Shown one piece after another: positions 24,228 to 37,900 of a stretch of DNA of 64,000 nucleotides (within the stretch, counting starts at the first letter, position 1; the number at the start of each line of letters is the position of its first letter). The DNA comes from Antedon mediterranea. Its lineage: Eukaryota > Animalia > Echinodermata. Where the stretch lies: NCBI RefSeq assembly GCF_964355755.1, contig NC_092679.1, forward strand, positions 4,184,201 to 4,248,200, read 5' to 3'. The notes beneath the pieces are model-generated. The model was not told the DNA's origin. It saw only the letters and a list, made by a program, of their open reading frames with translations, and did not search any database. The translations under genes were made by a program, and so were the position numbers.

Positions 24228-26331
24228 GAGAACAGTATTTCCAAGGAGTTTTTTTACTCGTTTACCATATCTTTCATAAGTAACTGTTTGAACTCAGTTG
24301 TAAGCCCATCTCCCTTGAATACAAACATTGCTAAGCCTTCAGGAGTGGAACTGAGAACAGTCTTATATACTATGTCTACACTATCAAATTTATGTGACAA
24401 AAAAATGTGATACCCATATACGGACATGTCATATCACGACCATATTTGGGCACATCACACTTTTTTGTCAAACTAGTTTGATAGTGCTGACAGAGCTTTA
24501 TACTACAGTATGAACTTTGTAGTATGCCTTTAAAAACAAAACATCTGTGTATAAAATTATGTGCACCTATTCAATTCTTCTGTGAATTTCAAATTGGTTC
24601 AGTATTCAGTAATTTGTAAATAAAAAATGTAATTTTCCTAAAAACATTCAGTCTAGGCTTCAAACTCAATGAAGTTTGTTTGCTAATAGACCAGTTTCAC
24701 GCTTCTTAATTTAACGTTAGTGATTGCGCAATATCAAGAAAAATTCCCAAATTCATTGGAAAGGTACACAGACAAAAAGCTATCATTTGGACTAAACAAT
24801 ATTTTATAAAATTTTTATTTTTAGTACTATTGAAAACGTACAATATATATTTTAAATTATAGTAATATAAAAATTAAATTGTCATTTGTATGACAATATG
24901 TATATTAAATGTTATTTTTAACAAAATTATGCTTGCCAGACTAGGCTTAAGGTTTTTTAAACAAAGTAATCTAGTATGCATGCCCCACTTAATTTTAAAA
25001 TTTGATTCATCTTTCCAAATATTTGGTTTAGTCAGGGGATCTCCAAAAAATGATGGTTCTCAGAGATCTCCATCATCTTCCTTCAAAAAGCATCTCAGAA
25101 TAATTTGAAGTACGGTATCTTATTTGAGTGCATGGGTTACCTATTTACGTACAAGGTCCACAAAAGGGCCCCAGTGGAGTTGGAATCACTTACCTCATTA
25201 CAATATATTTTCATCAAACCACATTGTTTTTCTTTTATTTATCCTCAGCCGTAGACTGTATATAATGTCACCTACAAATGTTACTATATGTACAAACATT
25301 CCATAATATAAGAAAAGTTGATCCAAAAAATTAAAACTAATCTCTGTAAAGTAACAGTAAAACTTCACAAAAATAAATAAGTTATATTAATTTTATTCTG
25401 TAAATTTATTAAAACAATGCATCATATTTTTATTATATGTTAAAATAATAATAATGTAAAAATATAAGTCGTTAAATAGAAGTATTATTTTGCTGACAAA
25501 TAAAAGAAATTTTAAAATATTTTCTGTCAATATTTATTAAATGCTGTTTAATTTCATTGGTTAACCTATCATTTTACACCTTTCCTTGCAGTTACAAGGT
25601 CTTAACAACTGACCATGGTCAAAGGAGGTGGCCAAGCAAACCCAGTCCAGCTTTAGAGTAAGGCCTTCAACCAAACTAAATTTCAATCCAGCATTTATCA
25701 TGATAATCTCCAGGTATTGTTACGTGTTAGCCACGAGTTCTCTCATTCTTAGCTATGCAGTATAAAGTTGATTGCAACCCAGCATATTATGCTTTATGTC
25801 AACATCCAAGTACTGTATACTCAACCCTTTATAAATGGTGGTACTCAGTAGTGGCGTTGTAATGGCTATGAGCACTCACTGGCTAAACCCAGGGGCCTAG
25901 AGCTAAAGCTTGGTTCCCACTAAAACGTAACGCAAGGACATAAACGCAACGCAAGCGTTTAAACCAATGACAAGCAAAGTTATAGACAGTTAGCAATCAC
26001 AAGCGAAGAAGCCATCGCTTGTGATTGGTCAATTCACTTGTGTTGCGTCGCTAGTGGGAACCACGCTTTATGGGGCAGTGTCTAGAGGAAAAAACAGGCA
26101 ATTGTGTCAAAAAGGCCCGAGGCCTCCAGCATTGGAGGGCCACTTAGGGTTACTAAACCAGGGGCCTCAGGCCTCTGCATTACGCCACTGGTGGTACTGT
26201 ATTGTCTTTTTGTATGCGTCCCTGTTACACATTGGGAAAGATATGTACAGTGGATTTCGGAGTTTGTCTACTTGTTTAGAATTCAATGATAGTTAGTTAG
26301 TTGATAGTTTTAACTGACCATCAGCAATGTA

Positions 26332-29300
26332 TTATTGTAGACATGAAAATATATCATCTAACTCATCTTCATCAGTTCTATCATGTATTTCGTTGCTTGG
26401 TAATTTTTTAGGCATAATTCCAGATGTTTTATCTATCTTTTCATTAGCTTTCTTATGTTTTCTTTTTGTACTTTTATTCTCAACAATTATGATTTCTTCT
26501 TCTTCAACCTTTTTCCTCTTTTTCTTTTTAACTTCCTTATCTGCATTGTCACTTTCTTGTAGTGTATCAACCGTATCACAATACTCATTGCTTTCTAAAT
26601 ATATTGTTTCTTTTTTCTTCTTTTTCTTAATTTTCCTTTGACCTTTTATTTGTTTAGTGTTATCACCTTTGACCTCCTCTTGAACCACTGCTTGTTCATA
26701 TATGTTTTCATCATGCTCATGCCTTTTCCTCTTTTTCTTACCTTCCTCATTGCTTTGATTATCAACCAGAGGCATGTCTACTTCTTTCATTATATCTGTT
26801 TTGTCCATCATTTTTTTTGCATTATTATCATCACATTCCTCATTTTCTTCAATTTCAACTTCCACACTACTTGTGTTAACTTTGTCTCTAACTTTCTTCG
26901 TCTTTTTCCTTTTTTCTTTTCGCAAAACTTCCTCATCATCATTTATAGACTGTTCATTTGCTTTTTTCATTATTTGCACTTTAGTACTCAAATCATCAGT
27001 GGTATCATCTTCATCAATCTTTGTCCTGTACTTTTTTTTCTTTTTCTTTCTTGGAATCGCAACTCCTACATCTTCTGTGGAAGTTACTCCTGAAATAATT
27101 CAATATGTATGTTTAGTATATATCAGGTTTTGTAGATTTGCAAATAACATTTTTTTAGTGGAAAGATTGTTTTACCTAAAAGATGTGGATTTTGACCAAC
27201 CAACTAAAAGACGATGAGAGTAGAAATTGGAATTAGGGCCTAGGAAATACATTAACATTGCAACCTGCATTTTGTACCTGTCTTATCGTCATTATGCTCT
27301 CTTTGGTTTTCTGCGTTACTAGTGGCAGCTTCGTCTTCACACAACAGTCGTTTTTTCTTCTGTTTCTTCTTTTTATGAATGATAATGTCATCATCTTCTT
27401 TTGTAACTGGCTCTAAAATTTAAACAGATAATATAAATCTTTGGTATATAAGTATGTCTAGCATCAATTGGGCTACACTGAATATACTATTGTGTTGTCT
27501 TAGATTTTCTTTATTAAAAATGGTTTACTTACCTCCGATGTCCATCTCACTACATGCTTCCATTGCCATGTATAAATCATCATCTTTGCTTAAGTTTTGC
27601 TGAACAACATCAAGATTTTCTGGTGGCTTCTGCAAACTTCCAAACATTTTGCTGAGTGTGTCTTTCTTTGTTTTCTCACTAATATGTTTACTGTAAAATG
27701 GAATAGAAATATGATATAACTAAAACAGATTGTCGTAAGGTTGTCTTCAGCAATGCAAGTGAGTTTACCAATCACAAGTACCAGTTTGGATGATCACATG
27801 TTGCGATTGGTTAAATTACTTACGCAGTACAACCTAGTGGGAACCAAGCTTTAGACCCATGCATTAAAAAACTGATGTAATCTACATTAGTGTATTCGTT
27901 CCCAGTACCGGACATCTTGGACTGGCCAACTATGTCTGGTTTTCTGGAAAGTCTGGTACACTATTTGGAATGTGTTTTAAATGGTAAAAAGGAATTTGGT
28001 CCCTAAGAAAAGTCTGGTATTGGTAGAGTTTCTGGTTTTCAGAGAGTCCGTTATTGGGAGACTTGACTGTATTTAGAGTAAACTTTACCTTCTGCTTTTG
28101 AGAGAAGAAGCATCCAATTCCACCCATTTCGATAAACAATGAGGTAATTCTTTAAATATCTACAGAAACAAACGGAACCTTTATTCTACACATTGTGCAA
28201 AACGGAAGGCGATACAAAGATGTAAAATGCATGTTCCTTATAATACAGATGATGTCATAACATCAACTATACCGACACGTTATAGGAACTACAGTAGAGG
28301 ACCATATCAATTTGTTGGAATGAAGGATGATTACATTACATAATTTTAATAATGATATTGCATGTGAGAACAGGCATATATGTATTTAAATTGTATGAAT
28401 TAATGACTCACTGTATAATATTCAGATTGCTCGTCGCTTAAGCCAAAATTTCTCAGAACTTCGTACCACAAAAAAAGTTTGACTAAAACACCTTTCACAA
28501 GAACCCTGATGAAGAGAGAAGTACAAAATTGTGCAAAGTCATAAAAAAAAATGTCTGTCTTATCAATCATGTTTTGAATTTAAGGTATATGCTATACTGT
28601 TTGTAAACAATTTTATTTAAGATACATGATTCTATCTTTTTATGGGCATACAATGCATCGATTGCCAATAAGTAATGAATAGCATTAGCAGTGAAGTGTA
28701 CACTCATACCATATTCTACTGATGAGAGCTACGAAGAATATGTTCTGAGCAACGAACTGACCAATGCGAAGATTTCCAACAATTAAGCTAATTTAAAAGT
28801 TAAGAATGTTAACAGTTACGAATGATTACACTGCTTTATATATGTAATGTAAAATTATTTATCATTTTTCTGGCACAGTTGTACACACAGTATCTTTCGT
28901 ATCTGAAGGATACACAAATGTCTGCTCGCTAAGCTGCAAGATGTGGCTGCATAGTTTAGACAATCCAACTAGTTTTTCCAGCAGGAACTTGGTACAAGTT
29001 GCACTTGGAACTTGTTCCATATCTTTGATGTGCTTTCCACTGAAAAAAAACCCCCAAACATATGATCTATTAAGGACATTCTTTATTGTTAAAAATAAAT
29101 TTTAAGTTTTTTGTTAAACCAGTTGTAAACTACTTACTTGCTACGTTTCGGCTATTTTTAATAGCCTTGGTCACGCAAATGACGTTGACATGATGTCCTG
29201 TCATTCGTAACAACTGGTTTAACAAAAAAGTTAAAATTTATTTTTAAATATCCATTTGAAACCAGATGAAATTTTTTGAGAATTCTTTATTGTATTTACA

Positions 29301-30309
29301 GTACTATAATTATTATTACTGATTATTTACAGTACTTACGTTTCACAAAGTGAGAGAATTGTCTTAAATAGATTTGATAAGTTCATTTTAAGTGCTTTTT
29401 CTAAGCATTTCTGAATCTGAAATATTAAAAAATTATAAATAAAAGAAATTTAAAAGATGTACTTTTAATAAGAGACCACTTTCTGTTGAAGTCAACATTA
29501 ATATATAATGGTCCTTAATTAGAAACATGGATCAGCTATTTAATTGACAAGTTCTTCTTCTTAAGTATGCTGTTTCACCTTTCCAAGAAGACTGAACCAT
29601 TTCCAGTGTCTCTGTTGATTTTGAAGTTTGTATAGAAGTCGTCGAAGCGTGCAAGACTCGGCTAACAAATACACGTTGAATGCCGGTTCCAAAAACATAC
29701 ATCCTTCGTTAAGCATTTTAACCAAAGTATCCTTAAAATGGCCTGAAATTAGAAACCAATTTTGCACTTACAAAATAGCTATATCCTAGGCTAGGCCTAT
29801 ATTAAATTAATTAGGCCAAATATACATTTTATTTTGGTAAATTTACTCTAGGCCTAGTAAAGTAGTAGTATTATTTATTACTAACTAGGCCTAGGCTAGT
29901 TTTTTTTTACTGTACTAGGCTAGTAACTAGCCTAGTACAGTAAAAAAAAAAGAGGTGCAACAATGTCCTGCTTACATAACTGTTACAAGAATTTAAGTTG
30001 GACCAGCTCAGTCTAAGATGGTCCTCTACTGGCATACCATACCATACTGGCCTGGCCTAGCCTAGCTCTAACGGCTAGGCCTACTACTACTACTAGGCCT
30101 AGCCTGGAAGGGGCCTACTAAAAATAAGTACTAACTGGGCCTAGGCCTAGGTACACACAAAATAAGTGTCAACAGTAAGTTATATATTACAATTGATAAT
30201 TATTCATATACTAACTATCATAACATATTTTCTTCCAAATCGTTAAGCCGGAATTAGAGGGATATTCGTGATTAAACGTGTTCCATGCGAATTTTATGGG
30301 CGCTGCCAT
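26332..30309 (-). CDS. NEPRO: Nucleolus and neural progenitor protein (NEPRO/RMP64, DUF4477)
   Basis: Spliced protein MAAPIKFAWN..RLLYKLQNQQRHWKW..IQKCLEKALKMNL..FVAQNIFFVALISRIWVLVKGVL..DIGEPV, then a Lys-rich tail ending DELDDIFSCLQ*; about 10 exons. Confidence 0.85.
28788..28913 (-). other. U12-type (minor spliceosome) GT-AG intron in NEPRO
   Basis: 5' site GTATCCTTC, branch site TTCTTAAC about 11 nt before the AG, no polypyrimidine tract; frame preserved (FV|LIVGN). Confidence 0.8.
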
Positions 30310-30825
30310 TTTGTTTTCAATCCTGCCGTCAATAACACAACCTATGGCGCGTCATTTGTGACATTTGTACTGCTTTATTTTTATTGGTATTCATTAATTT
30401 AAAATTCGTTGCATTGATATGTTTGTAATAATTATGAACAAGTTCGCATAACAGGTTCTCATCATTGTGCTGTTTCAAAATGACTTATTGGCATTGAGTT
30501 GCGTAAATCATTCAAATCGTGTATAAACATAATCACAACTACTCGGAGGCACTATTAGCACGCCATACGTTAATTTCAAAACAGAAAAAGCCAAGTTTAG
30601 TTAGAGGTTTCCATAAAGTTTAGGTAAATAAAAAGCAAAGTAAAATGAGTTTAGCTAAGCATAGGTGTTAATAAATACGAAAATACATGCGTTAGTTTGT
30701 TTGAATAGGCCAGGCCTAGTAGTAGGTCAAGGCCAGTACTTGCTTAGCCTTTATTTAGTTCTATCTAAAGCCTAGCGATGCTAGGCTAGGCCAGGCCTAG
30801 GCTTCCTCTACTTTAGAGTAGCAGT

Positions 30826-31623
30826 GTTATGCGCGATTTGAACGATTTGCGCAATTTGAAATTGCGCAAAAAAATCCTTGCGCAATTTGAAATTGCGCAA
30901 AGAATTCTTGCGCAATTTTAAATTGCGCAAGGATTTTTTTGCGCAATTTCAAATTGCGCAATCAACTTGCGCAATTTCAAATTGCGCAAGAAAATCTTTG
31001 CGCAATTTTAAATTGCGCTGCACAATTTGTAAATTGCGCAAGATAGTTCTTGCGCAATATGACACCTTTGCGCAATTTGAAAACGAACTGTAAATTTTCC
31101 CATACATGGCTAGGCTAGGCCTAGGCAGAGGAGTTTAAAATTTAGTATTTTATTATATAAATAAGACCATTTCAATGAAGATAATGTTTAATACTCACTT
31201 TTTAAGTTTTTAATATTAGTTTAAGCTAGGCCATGTAACCTAGTCAGTATCAGTAGTCCAGACCCTAGCTAGGCTAGAGTAGTATAGCCGGCCGCCCGCG
31301 CCGCGCCCGCCTGGTGGAACACCACCGCTTCGTTTTCCTTCGTCGGTTCTTCGACGGTATGCTAACTTATAACAATATTTGCACTACTAAAAATAAGGAA
31401 ATGCGATATTTATCTTTAATTTTGAATCATTCTTAGAAATTACTATAAAAATATGGGTGTGCATGATTTCACAATCTGTCGAAAAACCTTGCGCAATTTG
31501 CAGATTACTTGCGCAATTTAATACGTTGCTTGCGCAATTTGAAACACATGTTTCAATTCAAATTGCGCAAGGATTTTTTTTGCGCAATTTCAAATTGCGC
31601 AAATCGTTCAAATCGCGCATAAC
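30826..31623. mobile_element. Non-autonomous foldback/Mutator-like element with long TIRs and about 20 TTGCGCAA repeats
   Basis: TIR gttatgcgcgatttgaacgatttgcgcaatttgaaattgcgcaa...; 9-bp TSD agtagcagt / agcagcagt with one mismatch. Confidence 0.8.
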
Positions 31624-31903
31624 AGCAGCAGTATAAACTATATGTACGTACGTAGAGACGGTAGTCTAGATAGTACGTTAGAATAATAAACGCCCTCTAG
31701 TAGCTAGCTAGTAGTATAGTAAAGTAGGGCCTAGGAATAGTTTTAGTAGGAATTACTATCCAAGAAGGACCTAGGGCCTAGCTAGCATATATAGACTAGC
31801 TCTTCGATATAAACTAGCATTTCTTTTTTTGTGTATTCCAATAAATACAATTTATCATTAAATAGATTAGGTTTTGATTTTTTTTATTTCAGCTTCTGAT
31901 TGA

Positions 31904-34900
31904 ATGATGGATATTGAGAAGGAGCACCACTGCTGCAGTAGAATCAGCTATCATTGCTTTAAATGCAAAAAAGAAAATACAGCTACACCTACTAAAACTA
32001 AATGTAAATACCACCATAAAGCATGTATTGGTAGGTTTCATGGCAACAGACCTCACCGTAACTCACAGACCTCACCGTAACTCACAGACCTCCCAAATTG
32101 TACACATTTCAAAGATGTTCTCTTTCTTTGAAATCTTGATTAAGTTGAGCATGGAGGTATAAAATTAGGTTTATAATCTTATACCTCCATGAGTTATTGA
32201 TAGAAACAAAACAGTTTGCAAAGCTTTTTATAAATATACAACAGACCAATTACTGTTCTCCGCATAGCACTGGGGAAGAGTATAATTTCACTCTTTCCTG
32301 ATATCACCAAGCAGTAATGCTCTCTTGCCAATGACAACTTCTTTTATTATCTTTGTGTGATAATATATGATAACAAATAAAAATGTTGTTTATAGCAAAG
32401 TATGTGGAAAATTCTTAAAGCATAATACATGTAAAAGAAAGAACCCCATTTTACATATCAAATTAATTTAAAAAATCAGTTTTTAAATTATAATTTCAAA
32501 ACAGGTACCAACAAAGTATTCAATGTATTTATAAGATTTTTACATATTTGTAAACTAGCTATGTTTATAAATTTCCCATTTCCTTTCTTTAAACATATAT
32601 TACTGCTGTATTGTTTTCTTCTTTAAGGCGCTGTATACACAAACTTTGTGGGACAAAAAATATGATGTGCCTATAGATAGGCATGATGATGTCATATCAC
32701 TACCATATTTGGGCATATCACTACCATATTTGGGCACATCTCACTTTTTTGTCAAACTAATTTGATAGTGCTTAAAAATAGGCCAGATTGGATATCAAAA
32801 TTAAAGAAATAAATTGTTTCTATATATACCTAACATATCCTTAATTTCCATTTATTATGCTTCGTTTTAGACAACCCGACTTATGATGATACAGCTACTT
32901 ACAATGTAGTAGAATCGTCAACTCAACGAGGTCATCCAAAATTAGTTGACAGCAACGGTTATTCATATGTTAAACGGAAGACTTCCAGTAACTCAACGTA
33001 TTGGAGGTATACATTTTTTTTAATGCTGTGTATATGTAAGCATAGTGAATTATGGTTCTTTAAAAATTAGAGAAAGACTATTTTGAGGCAAAACATTTTG
33101 TTGCAATTTTGAGATAAGTTTACTGGTAAGTTTCTTGGTATTCAGTAAAGATAAGTTTACCGGTATATCTCTGTTAAAAACTGAATTGGATTGATTTAAA
33201 AAAAAAAAAAAAGACTACAGATATGCGCCTTCCCTTTTTCACAGCTAGATACCATACATTGTATATGCATACTAGCATCCATCAGCGAGCACAAACTCGG
33301 CAATTGCAGAATGGATAAACTATTTTATAATTTGAGGCTTAGGGAGTGGAGTTGAAAGAGTCATGAGTTACAACCCTGGCACTAGGTCAGGATTGAACCC
33401 TGGACATTGGGATTGAAAGGCAAGCACTTTAACCATCAAGCTACACCTCCACTTTTTGATTTATCTTACCATTAGAGCTCTCTCGTTACAACAATCTTGA
33501 ATCCCTGAACCTCTTGCATAGTGAAGTACAATCATTACAATTCCAAAAATCATAGTTTTAATTGAATTTTTATAATTTTTAGATGTTCTCTAAGAAATAA
33601 GAATATCACATGCAAGGCAACCGTGATTCAAAGGAGTCAGTGCATTCCAGAGTTTGTGTTTGGAAGTTGTTTTCATATCCATCTACCAAATCAAGGTGGT
33701 AGACCAAAATCATCTAGAGGTAAAAAATGAAACCCTATTAGTAAATTCTATTTTAATTGGTTCTTGTTTATGTCATATTTTGTTAGGGGTCCTAATGATG
33801 AGCTTTGGCTGAATGGACCACCCTCGTAATATATTGTTAAAATAAATTAATTAAAGGGGCACTATTTAGCAAAATCAAAATGGCCCTTTAATAGGGATTA
33901 GCCATAGTGTTAAAGCTCAGGTACAGGCATGAATTTTAAATATAATATTTGGTTAATTGTACATAAATCAAATATTTGTAACAGAAATCAAGACGAAAAA
34001 AAATGAATTTCCCTTAATATGGTCAAATACAAAATTTGGCAAAATTCTTCCATAAAAACCAGGAAGACTTTTTTTCAGTAGTTAGGTAGTTAACCTAATG
34101 TAATAACATGTATTGTGACTCCCTAGACGGTGAAAAAAGATTGTGGATATACGGTGGATAATTTTTGCTATAGCATGAAAATAAAAATCTGAAGTTGAAT
34201 AAAAATATCAGAAATGTAATATTCAAGTTATATTACCTATATTTATTCATCTGATAACATTTTTTACCACACCGTTTATTTTTCATAGCTTTTTAAATGC
34301 CTCTCTATTTACAAAATTTGTGTACAAAAGAATAGAGATTTTACTGTGTAATTTGAACTATCCCCCACTGATAAGAAAGTGCTTATTTTCAACAAGCTCG
34401 TGTAACACAAATAAAATTCCAACAAATTATGAAACATAGGGGAAACTATAGATCGATAATTATTGGAATGTATGATCAATAGAAATTTTTTGCCCGCACC
34501 TTTAAAACACATATTGCCCCTTATTTGTTTCACAAGATTGTGTACTGTACTCTTAATAGTGTTGTCCCCTGAATAAGTTTAACTTGGTTACTTATATACC
34601 ACAAGCAAGTTATATTTCACCAGTTTAAAGAAATTTGTCCTACAAATACTAAAACTAAACCACCCATATATTTCTCATCAATTATTCTGTTGTTTTTGTA
34701 AGCTACCTTTGACATTTTTGCTGTTTCTAGGTCGAATTATTAATTTAATTTTCTTACACAGTGAGGCGTAAAAATAAAGCAATACGTTCTACAGTTGATG
34801 CAATGAAATCTGAATCAGAGATACTTGTAAGTTATTTGCTATAAGTTTATTAGGGAGCAATTAGAAGGCAATCAAGCATAACATGCATCTGCACATGCTC

Positions 34901-37900
34901 ACAATATTCTTCCTATTAATATCAAAAACTTTTGCTAATGTCATTTCTTTGAAATTCAGTTATTTTGTTAGTATTGCTCAGTTTTTGATCCAGCAAGTCA
35001 ACAGTTTTATACCCTAATTAACCCCTTAGTATCTTGTGGGTAGGCATATATAATGGTACGACTTGTAAAGTGACTGTATGTAATGTTAAATAGGTGTATT
35101 GACATTTAGCATGCCATAATACCTAATATGTAAAATTTACTTGGATCTTCAGTTACCCTTTCTTCTGCCCGTTCTTTGTTTGTTTCATTTATTTTCCACA
35201 CATTGAACAAAATGGAACAGATATTTATACCTAAAAAAAGATAAAAATCTAAATCTTTTTTTTTTGCAGATGGCTTCTGACTCAGTTTTAATAGAATCTT
35301 CTGATGTTGCCATTGGCTCGTTGCTTTACTCTAGCTACGAGCAAGTGGCTAATGAAAACGTTGAAATTGAAGTTGTAACTGATGTACAAGCAACTAACGT
35401 CTTAGAAATCCAAGCCAGCTCTACAGATACTATAATTAATAATGACAATACTATTGATAATATTGATGCACCAACAAATAATAATGATAATACAATAATT
35501 AATGCGCAAACAACTAACACTGAATCAACAGTTAATAATGACGCCGCAAACAATTCCAAAAACGCATCCCTTGAGTCGCCAAACTCGTCCTCTGTTGAAG
35601 AATCAAGGCCTGTGACCGACGAAATTGCAACCGATGAAGGAGTTTTAACAGATGAGGTTGCGGATGATACAACGTTAAAATTTACAATAGTTGAAGGCGG
35701 GTCACAACGTGCAAAAAATAAGCTTATTGATAGCGAGGGTTACTCCTATACCGTACAAAGAAGTAATGACAATGGCTGTGTCACTTGGAGGTCAGTTTGC
35801 TAATTTTCTTTTACAGAATTTTAATGACACTAGTAGATAAAAAAATGCTATTAACCCTTTGAAGACGCAAGGTTTCTACCCAAAGTTATTGAGGCTAAAT
35901 AAGGTATTTTGAATAGGTTTAGGAAAAAGTCAACCCGTACATATATATACAAGCCTCGGGTCCTGGGACAGTAAGTTACCCCGTATGGGATACGGGCCAA
36001 GTCTTGAAAGGGTTAAATAAATTCATCTGGTGCTGAATATAATAAACAGGAAAACGATTACATTTGTGTCTGTATTATTTGAAAAAAAAAAAAGTAATAA
36101 TTTTTCTGTTTAAATTTAATTTTCCTAGATGTTCAAAGCGTGACAAGACGCTGAACTGTCGTGTCTTAGTCAGACAACGAAAAGATACTTTTGTCAGGAA
36201 CCGCAAACACGAACACCCAGGAAATCCAGGGCAAAAAATAAAATCGGCAGTTGTGTCGGACATCAAACGGAAAGCTTCACAAGAAATGTGTACACCTGTT
36301 ATTGATATAGTTCGGCAAACTCTATCTGAATATGTAGAGGCCGGAACACTTTCAGTTTTACCGAGTGAGGGAGCTCTTAAAAGACAAGCCAAGCGATTTC
36401 GCTTAAATTGTCAAAAACCAGAAGAACCAACGGATTTGGACTTTACACTTGCAAATCATGCAATCCCCGAAGGTTATATTTTTTTACATACATTTTATAA
36501 AGACAAAAACCTCTACTAGTAAACTTTGTAGGAAGTTAAAACAATTTCTACATCATAATCGAATTACATAAATGTATAAAGCTCTGTCTGCACTATTAAA
36601 CTTTATGTGACAACAAATTTGATGTGCCCATATATGGATATGATGATGTCTTACCACTACCATATTTGGTCATATCACCACCATATTTGGTCATATCACC
36701 ACCATATTTGGGCAGATGACAAATTTCTGTTTAGACATTCTACCATTGGCAGTAATCCTGGCAATGCCACGGAAGTTGTTTTTCAAAACAAGATTTTGTA
36801 GACTAAATAAACATCACACTGTCGTAAAGAGCGATTTAATCACATATTTTCTTTTCTCAAATCAGGTTTCCTTCGTGCAGATATTGTCCGTGGAAAACAG
36901 CGCCATTTACTATTCGCCTCTGAAGAACAACTTGATGTTCTTGCCCGTGGAAAGAGATGGTACATTGATGTCAATTCCAAGATGTTGAAAGAGCCTTTTA
37001 CCCATCTTCTGACTGTACATTGTTTTATACAAAGAGAAATCGAAATCAAACAGGTAAGTATTGACCCAGTTGTAATACTGTAGCAGGATGTTTTAGATGA
37101 AACTATTGGGGGCAGCTCACATGCCTTGGCAGTGGGTCATTGCATGACATAAAAGCAAAATGAAAAGACAAACAATATTTATACTGCTTTAATAGCCTAG
37201 TAATATAGATTCTGTGTACTATAAATGTACATGTGTTAGTGGTACTCCAATCAACTTACTCAACAAGTATTTATTTATTTATAATTTGAAGTTTTTCTCT
37301 GACAAATGTAGGAAATCTACTCCCCCTCCCTCTCATCATTTCTAACATACCATCTCACTCTCTAACAATATTTCAAAAAATTGCACATAATGTGACAATT
37401 ATCTTTTGATTTTCTCTAGGTACCACTTTGCTTCGCTATAATGTCCAACAACATGAAACACGATTATATTGGCATTTTTGAAATGATTAAAAGAATCTTA
37501 CCCCGAGAAATCAAAGTGCAAGAGTGTTTTATGGATTTTGTGGACAATTTATGGGAGGCATTTTCGCAAGTGTTTCCAGGCGTGACAGCGCGTGGTTGTT
37601 CGTACCTTTGGACGCAGGCGATTTGGTTTAAGATTCAAGAGCAGGGCCTAGTGAAGGCTTACCTGAGCAAGAAAAAGACTCACTCTAGGCTTAGGAAGCT
37701 GCTAGCTTTGCCTTATATGCCAAGTGATATCATTCCTGAACTGTTTCTACAGCTTTTGGAGAAAGTTGATCATGAAAAGGAAGACCTTATGGAGGTACAC
37801 CTATTTATTTATTGTAGTCTTTAGCATACAGTAGGCTAATATAGTTTCTAAACAGAAAAATATTTTGTCCTACATGGCGTTTCATAGCTATACTTGACAT

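Noticed and set aside
26327-27217. Long hydrophobic plus-strand ORFs
   Set aside because: Antisense shadows of the Lys/Glu-rich NEPRO last exon; the same applies to 42001-42553 opposite RNF8
29135-29180. Second hammerhead-like motif on the minus strand (stem + GAAACGUA)
   Set aside because: The core reads GUGACCA instead of CUGANGA, so it is unlikely to be active
30878-31093. ORF with repeated LRNFKLRK units
   Set aside because: Translation of the TTGCGCAA repeat array of a foldback element
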